The notes under the pieces are model-generated. The model did no database searches and had not been told where the DNA came from. It worked only from the letters and a program-made list of their open reading frames with translations. A stretch of 63,762 bases of DNA, counting the filler, from Folioceros fuciformis (lineage: Eukaryota): NCBI GenBank assembly GCA_049999805.1. It is 19 parts of 19 records of this genome, joined end to end, with 100 filler letters (N's around TTAATTAATTAA, not from the genome) between each part and the next. Parts side by side here need not be neighbours in the genome. Positions count along the whole stretch, not along the records: positions 23,544 to 24,725 come from JBNGIO010003910.1; positions 24,826 to 27,073 come from JBNGIO010003911.1; positions 27,174 to 28,315 come from JBNGIO010003912.1; positions 28,416 to 30,189 come from JBNGIO010003913.1; positions 30,290 to 31,607 come from JBNGIO010003914.1; positions 31,708 to 33,451 come from JBNGIO010003915.1; positions 33,552 to 37,111 come from JBNGIO010003916.1; 12 more parts are not named here. The stretch is one strand, 5' to 3'. Positions 23,544-35,901 of this stretch are shown here, piece after piece (position 1 is the stretch's first letter; every line of letters begins with the position of its first letter). The translations under genes were made by a program, and so were the position numbers.

Positions 23544-24725
23544 GAAGTATACTTCTATTCTATAAAAAGTACTATATAGTAGTTTTATCTAATCTTTCTT
23601 TAGATAAACTTTTTAATTTTAGTTATTCTTTTATATAAGACTTATAGATATAGACTATAATATATTCTAGTAATTTTAACTCTATATACTTTTATATACC
23701 TTTAAGTAGTTATAGAACTAAATTAGATAGTAGTCTTCTTATCTATACTATTATAAAAAATATTTCTTTAAGTATTTAAACTAGCTTTTAAATAGTTTTT
23801 AACTATAAAGAATATTAAAGTAGATTTTAAAAGTACTAAACTAGTTCTATATAACGTAGAAGCTATTTTATTAAAGCTTAATATAAGATTATAAACTCTA
23901 AAATTATTACTATATATATAAAGTATAATTAATAAGTTTATAAAATACTAGTTAAGAAAATAAAAGTATATTTAAATAAAAAAAACTCTAATAGTAAAAG
24001 AAGTAAGTAATATAATTACTAAAAGAAAAGATAGTAGTTATAATACTAATAAAGAGTCTATATATAAGATATATAATATAAGATNNNNNNNNNNNNNNNN
24101 NNNNNNNNNNNNNNNNNNNNNNNNNNNNNNNNNNNNNNNNNNNNNNNNNNNNNNNNNNNNNNNNNNNNNNNNNNNNNNNNNNNNGAAGTATACTTCTATT
24201 CTATAAAAAGTACTATATAGTAGTTTTATCTAATCTTTCTTTAGATAAACTTTTTAATTTTAGTTATTCTTTTATATAAGACTTATAGATATAGACTATA
24301 ATATATTCTAGTAATTTTAACTCTATATACTTTTATATACCTTTAAGTAGTTATAGAACTAAATTAGATAGTAGTCTTCTTATCTATACTATTATAAAAA
24401 ATATTTCTTTAAGTATTTAAACTAGCTTTTAAATAGTTTTTAACTATAAAGAATATTAAAGTAGATTTTAAAAGTACTAAACTAGTTCTATATAACGTAG
24501 AAGCTATTTTATTAAAGCTTAATATAAGATTATAAACTCTAAAATTATTACTATATATATAAAGTATAATTAATAAGTTTATAAAATACTAGTTAAGAAA
24601 ATAAAAGTATATTTAAATAAAAAAAACTCTAATAGTAAAAGAAGTAAGTAATATAATTACTAAAAGAAAAGATAGTAGTTATAATACTAATAAAGAGTCT
24701 ATATATAAGATATATAATATAAGAT
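23544..24725. other. Extremely AT-rich scaffold with RIP-like composition (541 bp, duplicated across N100)
   Basis: Manual scan of 23544-24084 found no CA, TG or GG dinucleotide, one CG and one CC, with abundant TA. Confidence 0.8.
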
Positions 24726-24825
24726 NNNNNNNNNNNNNNNNNNNNNNNNNNNNNNNNNNNNNNNNNNNNTTAATTAATTAANNNNNNNNNNNNNNNNNNN
24801 NNNNNNNNNNNNNNNNNNNNNNNNN

Positions 24826-26297
24826 CCCCCCACACCCCCTCGGATATCTCCTCCCCACAACCTTACCAAACGCCATGAAACATGGTCGGCCTGCAGCACT
24901 TGTCCAAACGGGGAACAAGAGTGGACAGGTTGAGAGAAAGACACATCCTTTACAATTAAGAGCTAGGGGCAAGCCCCTTCACCCTGGTCATTACACCTTG
25001 TGATCCTTGAAGGATCAGAAAGGGAGCCACATGATGAAGGAGAAGAGGAGGGGAGAGGAGAGGAAGAGAGGAGGAGAGGAGAAAGAGAGGTCTCACAGTG
25101 TCTCTCACATCTCTCACAGATCTCTCTCATCTCTCACAGTGTCTCTCACATCTCTCACAGCTCTCTCTCATCTCTCACAGCTCTCTCTCATCTCTCACAG
25201 TGTCTCTCACATCTCTCTTGCAAAGGGAGCTCAAGAGGGTATTTATACCCTCTAGAAAAGCTCCCAAGACAGCTTCACAAAAAGCTCACGGGAAGCTTCA
25301 CAAGAAGCTCACAGGAAGCTATGCAGGAAGCTTCCTAAAAATTAGCTTAAGCTAATCTAAACTAATGATACTTAATTAGACACTAATATTAGACTAATCA
25401 TATTAGTTTAATTACATTGGGCTTTAATAACCCTATGGCCCGGTACCGNNNNNNNNNNNNNNNNNNNNNNNNNNNNNNNNNNNNNNNNNNNNNNNNNNNN
25501 NNNNNNNNNNNNNNNNNNNNNNNNNNNNNNNNNNNNNNNNNNNNNNNNTTACCAGACGCCATGAAACATGGCCAACCTACAGCACTTGTCCAAACGGGGA
25601 ACAAGAGTGGACAGGTCGAGAGAAAGACACATCCTTTACAATCAAGAGCTAGGGGCAAGCCCCTTCACCCTGGTCATTACACCTTATGATCCTTGAAGGA
25701 TCGGAAAGGGAGCCACATGATGAAGGCGAAGAGGAGGGGAGAGGAGAGGAAGAGATGAGGAGAAGAGGAGAAAGAGAGGTCTCACAGTGTCTCTCACAGC
25801 TCTCACACCTCTCTTATCTCTCCTACAAAGGGAGCTTAAAAGGGTATTTATACCCTCTAGAAAAGCTCCCAAGGAAGCTCACAAGAAGCTCACAGGAAGC
25901 TTCACAAGAAGTTCACAAGAAGCTATGCAGGAAGCTTCCTAAAAATTAGCTTAAGCTAATCTAAACTAATGATACTTAATTAGACACTAATCTTAGACGA
26001 ATCACATTAGTTTAATTAGATTAATCACATTAGTTTAATTACATTGGACTTTAATAACCCTATGGCCCGGTACCGGACCTAAACTTTCCCAGGTCTGGGA
26101 CCAAACCTATACCCACTCTAATAACCAAACCAACTATTTCCTGATCAATTAACCAATTAGCACAAAGAAAAATAGGAAAAATGACCAGAAAATAAAGGAA
26201 AATTAGGGAAAAGAAGTAGAAAAAGAAAACCAAACCATACCACTATGAACCCTTTTTCAACCAAAACAAACCACTACCCTAAACTTTGGAGGTTCAC
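24826..26297 (-). mobile_element. Family A LTR segments (two related copies across a gap) with (TC)n-rich repeats
   Basis: Reverse homolog of 880-1040. Ends GGAGGTTCAC, as at 10052. Confidence 0.72.
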
Positions 26298-26890
26298 TGC
26301 TGTTGCCCAGTTCTTTGAAAACCCAGGAAAGGATCCTTGGCTTGCTATCAAGCGCATTATGAGGTACCTTAAGGGTACACCTAATTATGGCCTTTGCTAT
26401 ATGCCAAGCAGAAAGAAGCATTTGTAGCTAACTTGTTATGTAGATGCAGATTGGGCTTCTGATGGAGACACCCGAAAAAGTATATCAGCTTATTGTTTTC
26501 TAGCCAACTTCTTTGTAGTTAATTGGTCATGTAGAAAACAAGCAGCCATCTCCTTGTCTTCCACAGAGTCTGAGTACAAGGCACTCACCGAAGCCACTAA
26601 GGAGGCTGAGTGGGAAAGGAAGCTTTGTGAAAACTTGGGTATGAAGCAAGAAGGGCCAATAGTCTTGCATTGTGACAACATGTCAACAATTGCTTTGGTA
26701 GCTAACCCCGTCTTCCATGCACACACCAAGCATATAGAAATCCAACATCATTATATTAGGGATGCTGCTCAGAGAGGTATCGTCAAGGTTCAATATATAC
26801 CTACCGATGACAACACAGTAGATGTCCTTACCAAGTCCTTGCCTAAGTTCAAACACTGTTTTCACAGAGAAGGGCTTGGTTTGGTGGATT
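26298..26890 (+). mobile_element. Ty1/copia RT C-terminus / RNase H fragment
   Basis: 'AIKRIMRYLKGT', 'YVDADWASD', 'STESEYKAL...CDN...[13 protein letters not shown]...DVLTKSL'. Confidence 0.93.
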
Positions 26891-27173
26891 GTAGTAGATA
26901 CAGGACACTAGACAAATCACTTATTTGGTAGGATCTTTCACTACACAAATATTCCGTCACTTAGGTTGATGATACGAAGCAGTTGGCATGCTTCTCTTCT
27001 GGTCACTGGAGTAGTGTTCTACTTTGTGAGATCCTGTAGACTACAGGCTCTACAAGAGTGAGGACTACCGACTNNNNNNNNNNNNNNNNNNNNNNNNNNN
27101 NNNNNNNNNNNNNNNNNTTAATTAATTAANNNNNNNNNNNNNNNNNNNNNNNNNNNNNNNNNNNNNNNNNNNN

Positions 27174-27495
27174 AAAGGGTTGGGATAGTGACCAAGGTGC
27201 ACGAAACCCTTGGCCACTTTGGTGTGAAGAGGACACACCACATGCTGAAGAATACGTATTTCTGGTTAGGGATGTATGCAGATGTTGAGAAGGTGGTGGC
27301 TAAGTGTGCTGTATGTGACGCAATCAAAGCCAGATTTAACACCCAAGATGTGGTGTTGCACTCCCTACCAATCAGAGGACTATTTTTCAAATGGTCGGTT
27401 GATCTTATGCCAGAGCTTCCTCTCACAAAGCAAGGTAACCGACATTGCATGGTCATGATTGAGCACTTCTCTAAGTGGGTTGAGGTAGCCTTCTT
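27174..27495 (+). mobile_element. Ty3/gypsy integrase fragment (H2C2 zinc domain plus start of core); duplicated at 27750-28071
   Basis: 'HETLGHFGVKRT...YFW.GM..DV...V.KCAVC', 'FKWSVDL...MIEHFSKWVEV'. Confidence 0.9.
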
Positions 27496-27654
27496 TGTTG
27501 GGGTGTAGAAACCCTAACACGATTAAACATATGATTTTTGGTTAGGTTAACTAACCAACCGACACCTTACAATTTTGCTAGTTAAGCTCTTATTTGTTAA
27601 TTAAATGGTGTCTTTGTGAAATATGCTTCCGCAAGTTTTTCTTAGTATCAGAGC
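27496..27654 (+). mobile_element. Short LTR followed by tRNA-iMet PBS (TAGTATCAGAGC, 27643-27654)
   Basis: Starts TGTTGGGG. The PBS differs by one base from the canonical TGGTATCAGAGC. Confidence 0.6.
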
Positions 27655-28415
27655 CCTTTAAAATGATTCTGAGGTCAGGTGTAGAGAGACTGCACAAGCA
27701 TAATATATACATCTGTCATCTTGGTTAGATGTAGTATAGNNNNNNNNNNAAAGGGTTGGGATAGTGACCAAGGTGCACGAAACCCTTGGCCACTTTGGTG
27801 TGAAGAGGACACACCACATGCTGAAGAATACGTATTTCTGGTTAGGGATGTATGCAGATGTTGAGAAGGTGGTGGCTAAGTGTGCTGTATGTGACGCAAT
27901 CAAAGCCAGATTTAACACCCAAGATGTGGTGTTGCACTCCCTACCAATCAGAGGACTATTTTTCAAATGGTCGGTTGATCTTATGCCAGAGCTTCCTCTC
28001 ACAAAGCAAGGTAACCGACATTGCATGGTCATGATTGAGCACTTCTCTAAGTGGGTTGAGGTAGCCTTCTTTGTTGGGGTGTAGAAACCCTAACACGATT
28101 AAACATATGATTTTTGGTTAGGTTAACTAACCAACCGACACCTTACAATTTTGCTAGTTAAGCTCTTATTTGTTAATTAAATGGTGTCTTTGTGAAATAT
28201 GCTTCCGCAAGTTTTTCTTAGTATCAGAGCCCTTTAAAATGATTCTGAGGTCAGGTGTAGAGAGACTGCACAAGCATAATATATACATCTGTCATCTTGG
28301 TTAGATGTAGTATAGNNNNNNNNNNNNNNNNNNNNNNNNNNNNNNNNNNNNNNNNNNNNTTAATTAATTAANNNNNNNNNNNNNNNNNNNNNNNNNNNNN
28401 NNNNNNNNNNNNNNN

Positions 28416-29297
28416 TGTAGAAGCCAAGGCTCATGAGGAACTCCTACCACCTACCACCCACCATGAAGTCACTACTACAGGAGTTCCAAGATGTGTTCAC
28501 CGAACCAGCAGAACTCCCCCCTAGACGTCCTATCGACCATGCCATAGAGCTCCTGCCAGGCCATAAACCCATCAGTATCCAGCGATATCGTACGTCAGCC
28601 ACTGAAAACGAGGAAATAAAAAAATAATTAGGCGAACTTCTACAGAAAGGGTTTGTATGCCCTTCAGTGTCCCCCTTCGAAGCCCCAGTCCTTCTCGTTG
28701 GCAAACCAGATGGTGGTGGTTGGCGACTATGCATTGACTATCGAGAACTCAACCGGGCCACAGTCAGAAATGTCTACCAGATGCCGAGGATCGATGAGAT
28801 CCTGGACCAACTTCACGGTGCAAAGTGGTTTACCAAGATTGATCTGAGATCCGGCTTCCACCAGATTAGGATCAAGGAAGGGGATGAGTCTAAAACCGCC
28901 TTCCGCACAAGACATGGCCACTTCGAGTTCAGGGTCATGCTGTTTGGCTTGACAAACGCACCTGCAACATTCCAATGTCTCATGCAAGACATCTGACGAC
29001 CATTGTTGGGGCACGGCGTAGAAGTTTTCCCCGACGACATCCTCATATACACACTTGACCTAGAGAAACATTACACCTTGGTCAGAAAGGTACTTAAGCT
29101 GCTACGTGCAAACAAGTTGTTGGCCAAAAGAAGTAAGTGTGACTTCATGAGGCAAGATTGTGAATACCTGGGCCACATCATTAGTGCAACATGTATCCAG
29201 GTGGATCCCCGCAAGGTCAAAGCCGTGGTGGACTGGCCCCTACCCTAGGATATCACACAACTACGTGGGTTCCTGGGCATGGCCGGATTTTACCGCC
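28416..29297 (+). mobile_element. Ty3/gypsy RT fragment, related to 2082-3100; exact duplicate at 29308-30189
   Basis: 'ELPPRRPIDHAIEL', '[11 protein letters not shown]...MPRIDEILD...[11 protein letters not shown]', 'VFPDDILIY'. Confidence 0.94.
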
Positions 29298-30447
29298 NNN
29301 NNNNNNNTGTAGAAGCCAAGGCTCATGAGGAACTCCTACCACCTACCACCCACCATGAAGTCACTACTACAGGAGTTCCAAGATGTGTTCACCGAACCAG
29401 CAGAACTCCCCCCTAGACGTCCTATCGACCATGCCATAGAGCTCCTGCCAGGCCATAAACCCATCAGTATCCAGCGATATCGTACGTCAGCCACTGAAAA
29501 CGAGGAAATAAAAAAATAATTAGGCGAACTTCTACAGAAAGGGTTTGTATGCCCTTCAGTGTCCCCCTTCGAAGCCCCAGTCCTTCTCGTTGGCAAACCA
29601 GATGGTGGTGGTTGGCGACTATGCATTGACTATCGAGAACTCAACCGGGCCACAGTCAGAAATGTCTACCAGATGCCGAGGATCGATGAGATCCTGGACC
29701 AACTTCACGGTGCAAAGTGGTTTACCAAGATTGATCTGAGATCCGGCTTCCACCAGATTAGGATCAAGGAAGGGGATGAGTCTAAAACCGCCTTCCGCAC
29801 AAGACATGGCCACTTCGAGTTCAGGGTCATGCTGTTTGGCTTGACAAACGCACCTGCAACATTCCAATGTCTCATGCAAGACATCTGACGACCATTGTTG
29901 GGGCACGGCGTAGAAGTTTTCCCCGACGACATCCTCATATACACACTTGACCTAGAGAAACATTACACCTTGGTCAGAAAGGTACTTAAGCTGCTACGTG
30001 CAAACAAGTTGTTGGCCAAAAGAAGTAAGTGTGACTTCATGAGGCAAGATTGTGAATACCTGGGCCACATCATTAGTGCAACATGTATCCAGGTGGATCC
30101 CCGCAAGGTCAAAGCCGTGGTGGACTGGCCCCTACCCTAGGATATCACACAACTACGTGGGTTCCTGGGCATGGCCGGATTTTACCGCCNNNNNNNNNNN
30201 NNNNNNNNNNNNNNNNNNNNNNNNNNNNNNNNNTTAATTAATTAANNNNNNNNNNNNNNNNNNNNNNNNNNNNNNNNNNNNNNNNNNNNCGCTCTTGCGC
30301 CTGTGGTGCCTGTTGCGGCTTCCTACGCCGCCTACGCCGCTACGCCTCCTGCGCCTCTCAATGGCTTGCGTTGCCAGCCACCTTCACGCTCACGGCCATA
30401 GCCTCAAACCCCCGCCATAGCCACCGGTGGCACTGGCACTCTCTCTA

Positions 30448-30660
30448 GCTCTGATACCATGTTGAAATAGCACCACAAGCCTAAGACTCCACAATTTCTT
30501 ACTTATGGTGCACAGGATGCTACATATATAGCCTTCAGGCGGGGCAACCCTCGATAAGGTAAGCCTTAGTCTCGAGGGTGCAATATCATGATATATCCTG
30601 ATAACACTTAGGTGATAGATAACTACGAGTTCAATATGGGATAATCTACACTATCCTAAG
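30448..30660 (-). mobile_element. tRNA-iMet PBS (30448-30459) and adjoining LTR end; segment duplicated at 30954-31607
   Basis: GCTCTGATACCA followed by TGTTGAAA. 30629-30660 is the reverse complement of the LTR sequence at 13155-13186. Confidence 0.7.
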
Positions 30661-31707
30661 TGTTGTATGCTCTTAATAATAATTTAGTTAGAGCTTGATT
30701 TCTAACAGGCTGAGCAGGAGCAGGGCGTTGTTCAAGAGTCAGCGGAGCAGGAACCCATCGAGAGAGAGAGAGAGAAAAGAATAGGATTTTATAAGATATT
30801 GTTTTAGTTTTAAATTTGCATGGATCCAAATTTTGAAATAAAGTCCTCAACTGCACGACTTGCTATTACATCATGACGTTGCAGGTTGACGGCATCGTAT
30901 CTTGCCTTCCTACCGCAGTGCCCTTCATCGATGAAGTCCATATNNNNNNNNNNCGCTCTTGCGCCTGTGGTGCCTGTTGCGGCTTCCTACGCCGCCTACG
31001 CCGCTACGCCTCCTGCGCCTCTCAATGGCTTGCGTTGCCAGCCACCTTCACGCTCACGGCCATAGCCTCAAACCCCCGCCATAGCCACCGGTGGCACTGG
31101 CACTCTCTCTAGCTCTGATACCATGTTGAAATAGCACCACAAGCCTAAGACTCCACAATTTCTTACTTATGGTGCACAGGATGCTACATATATAGCCTTC
31201 AGGCGGGGCAACCCTCGATAAGGTAAGCCTTAGTCTCGAGGGTGCAATATCATGATATATCCTGATAACACTTAGGTGATAGATAACTACGAGTTCAATA
31301 TGGGATAATCTACACTATCCTAAGTGTTGTATGCTCTTAATAATAATTTAGTTAGAGCTTGATTTCTAACAGGCTGAGCAGGAGCAGGGCGTTGTTCAAG
31401 AGTCAGCGGAGCAGGAACCCATCGAGAGAGAGAGAGAGAAAAGAATAGGATTTTATAAGATATTGTTTTAGTTTTAAATTTGCATGGATCCAAATTTTGA
31501 AATAAAGTCCTCAACTGCACGACTTGCTATTACATCATGACGTTGCAGGTTGACGGCATCGTATCTTGCCTTCCTACCGCAGTGCCCTTCATCGATGAAG
31601 TCCATATNNNNNNNNNNNNNNNNNNNNNNNNNNNNNNNNNNNNNNNNNNNNTTAATTAATTAANNNNNNNNNNNNNNNNNNNNNNNNNNNNNNNNNNNNN
31701 NNNNNNN

Positions 31708-33451
31708 GGTAGTGGGTTCCATGATCGTGGTGGGTCCCACCCAAAACCCTAACTAATTATATTCCGGCACATACGCCGCCGCGGGTTTCTGCCCAGGGGC
31801 TTCCAGACTCACAGATCTGGCTTATTGGATGCTCCTCACACATGCAAGTGCTAATCCTTGAGGAACAAGACCTCGCGGATCAGCCACACTTCCACACACA
31901 AACATGCAACACTCTCCACACATGCAAAACACACCAGAACTCTAGTGCACAGTTATTCCTCACAGGCCTGCTTCCAAATGTCTCCAATCCTCCAGCAATG
32001 TCCCCAAATCTCCAGCAAATCCTTCATACTCCTTCACAATCCCTCATAAGCTTCAACAATCTCTAACAACCGCTCACAAACACTTCAAAATCTCTCAGAA
32101 ATTCTCCAGGAATCGCATCTAATCTTCAGCACTCTTCCTCAGTCATACAGCACCTTGCCAGCCGTTTTCTTCAGCTGTCCAGCAATGTTGCACCAACCTC
32201 AGCAATCTTCCAGGGTCCTCCTCAGTCTCTCGGCTCCCTCTTCCTCACCAGATTCAGAACGCAGCCAACGGTTCAGGGAATCAGGGAAGGACAAACTCTC
32301 CCTCCACTCCACGCAATGGGTGGATTCGTCCCCCTCTCCTCAGCTACGGACCACAATTAGTCCTCACTCACTCCTTCAGTCTTCTTTTTCTTCCCACACT
32401 GTCACTCTCCAGCTCCAAATTCGAAAGGCAGCCCATGGTTTAGGGAATAAGGGAAGGAGAAGCTCCCCTTCCACTCTGCGCAGCTGGCGGATTTGTCCCC
32501 CTCTCCTCAGCTATGGATCACGGTCAGCCGTTCAGGGAATAAAGGAAAGAGAAGTTCTCCTTCCACTCCACGCANNNNNNNNNNGGTAGTGGGTTCCATG
32601 ATCGTGGTGGGTCCCACCCAAAACCCTAACTAATTATATTCCGGCACATACGCCGCCGCGGGTTTCTGCCCAGGGGCTTCCAGACTCACAGATCTGGCTT
32701 ATTGGATGCTCCTCACACATGCAAGTGCTAATCCTTGAGGAACAAGACCTCGCGGATCAGCCACACTTCCACACACAAACATGCAACACTCTCCACACAT
32801 GCAAAACACACCAGAACTCTAGTGCACAGTTATTCCTCACAGGCCTGCTTCCAAATGTCTCCAATCCTCCAGCAATGTCCCCAAATCTCCAGCAAATCCT
32901 TCATACTCCTTCACAATCCCTCATAAGCTTCAACAATCTCTAACAACCGCTCACAAACACTTCAAAATCTCTCAGAAATTCTCCAGGAATCGCATCTAAT
33001 CTTCAGCACTCTTCCTCAGTCATACAGCACCTTGCCAGCCGTTTTCTTCAGCTGTCCAGCAATGTTGCACCAACCTCAGCAATCTTCCAGGGTCCTCCTC
33101 AGTCTCTCGGCTCCCTCTTCCTCACCAGATTCAGAACGCAGCCAACGGTTCAGGGAATCAGGGAAGGACAAACTCTCCCTCCACTCCACGCAATGGGTGG
33201 ATTCGTCCCCCTCTCCTCAGCTACGGACCACAATTAGTCCTCACTCACTCCTTCAGTCTTCTTTTTCTTCCCACACTGTCACTCTCCAGCTCCAAATTCG
33301 AAAGGCAGCCCATGGTTTAGGGAATAAGGGAAGGAGAAGCTCCCCTTCCACTCTGCGCAGCTGGCGGATTTGTCCCCCTCTCCTCAGCTATGGATCACGG
33401 TCAGCCGTTCAGGGAATAAAGGAAAGAGAAGTTCTCCTTCCACTCCACGCA
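31708..33451 (+). mobile_element. Family B-related LTR sequence, present twice across an N10 gap
   Basis: Reverse homolog of 38000-38530, and similar to 5720-5830. Confidence 0.65.
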
Positions 33452-33551
33452 NNNNNNNNNNNNNNNNNNNNNNNNNNNNNNNNNNNNNNNNNNNNTTAAT
33501 TAATTAANNNNNNNNNNNNNNNNNNNNNNNNNNNNNNNNNNNNNNNNNNNN

Positions 33552-35251
33552 GGAGTGCGCCCTGAGGCTGATAGAGCCTGTATGCGAGGAGGGGATCAGA
33601 GGCAGACCCCAGGAATGAAACCTGGAGTTGATTAGGAGGGTCTACGGGCGCGACCAACAGGAGGAAGGGGGACTGGTGCTGGAGTTTCTGAAGAAGCGTG
33701 GCGGAACGGGAGCCGCAGAAACGCTGCACAAGGCAAGCACGAGAAAGGAAGCGAACGGATGGCTGGTGCGCGACATGGCGAGTCCCCAGCTATTGGGATT
33801 GGCCAGGTGGTTCCAAAGCTTCTTCCAGGTACGCAAACAGGATTATCTGTCCGACCAGATGCTCCTGTTTGTGCATGAAGTAGTGAAGGGCACCAGGATC
33901 GATTGGGGGAGGATTTTATACGCCCGGATGGATGAGGAGAGGCAGAACCTGATCCAACCCACCCCTAAATCTTCTATGATTTCCCCGTTTCTAATCCATG
34001 TGTACAGTTACGCTAACCTAGTCACTGAGCTAGAAATGCTGGCCTCGCTGCACCTGTGGAAGCCAGTTCGCGATGTGAAGTGGAAGCCCGCTGAGCCAAC
34101 AAGGGCTGCCTCCAGCAATTTGGAAGCTGACAGTGGGAATAGCTCGCAAGAGGAAACCCCAGTCAAGCCCAGGAAGAGGATGGCGCCACAAAAGAAGACT
34201 CCTGCCAAGAGGAAAAGGACCAAAGGACAAAGTGTGAGCATGGGGGCTGATCAGGAGGAAGGGGGGACAGCCCTGGAGCAGACGGGCCAGTAGGAGGCAG
34301 AACGAGAACCAGCTGTCCAGGGAATCAAGGACCGAAGGTTGGAGGAGCAAGGTCAGGGTGAGGCAAGACCCAAGGAGCCACAGGATCAGGTGATGGCAGC
34401 CGACACAGTTTCCTTCAGACAGGAGGATAAGTTAGGGCATGTTTTAAGAGAGGAGGGTTTCTCAAGGTGGAAGGATATTTTCAGGTGCAAGCCTCAGAGA
34501 GATAGGTTGTAGGTGGGAGACCTGGACAAGTTGCGACAATTCCTGGGCAGACAAATCACGGCGAGAGGAATGGGCACCGGAGGGATGCAGGAGGTGGACC
34601 TACCCGGGCTGACTGCTGCGATGGTGCAAGCCCAAGCAGACCTCCTGGATTAGGTTGCTAGGGCCCTGACCTGGTTAAGTGTACAAGCGGAGCGAGAGGC
34701 CGAGGCTCGGGGAAAGGAGGAGAAGGCTCGTGAGNNNNNNNNNNNNNNNNNNNNNNNNNNNNNNNNNNNNNNNNNNNNNNNNNNNNNNNNNNNNNNNNNN
34801 NNNNNNNNNNNNNNNNNNNNNNNNNNNNNNNNNNAAAGAGCAACAGGGGACCCTGCTAGCTCAGGTGAGGGAGGCTCACGAGACTAACCTGGAGATGCAA
34901 CAGGAAATGGCTAAAGCATAGGAGATGGAGATAGCCGCTGTGGAGCAGGCTCAGAAGTTGGCTGAAAGATACAAGCGGGAGCGGGATGAGGCCAGAGAGA
35001 GAGTGAAGGGGAAGGGCAAGGCTGGGTGTCCGAGTCAGTCGCCGACCCCGGTAGCAGAAGGAGCTACCGGTAGCCGAACCAGGGGAACGGTAGTCGAGGG
35101 GACTACCGGTAGTCCGGTAATCCACGGGACTACCGATAGCCCGATAGTCCACGGGACTACCGGTAGTCGGGTAGCCGACGGGGCTACCGGTGGCCGAGCA
35201 AGGCCCAGGATAGCTGAAGAACCAACCCTGGAAACAAAGAGGAAGCAGTAG
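33552..35251 (+). pseudogene. Decayed retrotransposon accessory ORF (globular region, K/R-rich NLS-like stretch, coiled coil, 27-bp/9-aa repeats)
   Basis: 'VVKGTRIDWGRILYARMDEERQNL...ISPFLIHVYSYANL', 'KPRKRMAPQKKTPAKRKR', 'EQAQKLAERYKRERDEARER'. Interrupted by TAG stops. Confidence 0.5.
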
Positions 35252-35412
35252 GCGCGGCTGCCCTTTGGCGCTCCAGGAGGGTGACTTGTACCAGGAGGAC
35301 AGAGCCAGAGGAGGCAACAGCTGGGTAGGCAGAGAACCTTCGGGTACCCCAGCAGGAGGGGGAGCAGGCAACCCGAGGTAGCCAAGGGGAGGACGGGGTA
35401 AGCACCTCTGTT

Positions 35413-35901
35413 ATGACAGAAGGTCGGATTGTGCTGCAGTATGAGGAGGAGGCCTCCTATGTGCCAGGCTTGTATGTAGAAGGGGCTAGGGTTCTTAAGC
35501 TGTTTCTGTATGTAAGTATGGGCACAGGAGGGACGCGGGGCTACGGCCTGCAGTTCAGGACGCGCCTGGGATTCTACCACTACAGCTGGTGGGTGACAGG
35601 ACTGCCCCACTGCTATGCAGAGGCAATTCTGGAGGAACTGACGGAAGAGGAGGCCCAGCGCTGGGTAGAACGGGGGCCTGTGGCTGTCCTCAGCAACCAG
35701 AGAAGGAGGAGGAGTGGTGGACCACAGCGGCGGGACCCACCTGCGCCGCCAACCAGGTCCAGCAGTAGCAGCAGTGATGTGGAGATCCTCTGGGAGGATC
35801 TGCCGAACCAACGGAGGGGTAGAAGAGCAAGAGGAGGAGCAGCAAGGGATGACGCGCGAAGGCCAGGAGGAAGCCGCCAGCGGCGTGGGAAAGGGCGATA
35901 G
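35413..35901 (+). CDS. Unknown retroelement-associated ORF, copy 2 (open, 162 aa)
   Basis: Open ATG-to-TAG ORF homologous to 15030-15425. Downstream non-coding sequence is also similar (TGTACAAGAGGCC). Confidence 0.55.
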   Translation: MTEGRIVLQYEEEASYVPGLYVEGARVLKLFLYVSMGTGGTRGYGLQFRTRLGFYHYSWWVTGLPHCYAEAILEELTEEEAQRWVERGPVAVLSNQRRRRSGGPQRRDPPAPPTRSSSSSSDVEILWEDLPNQRRGRRARGGAARDDARRPGGSRQRRGKGR

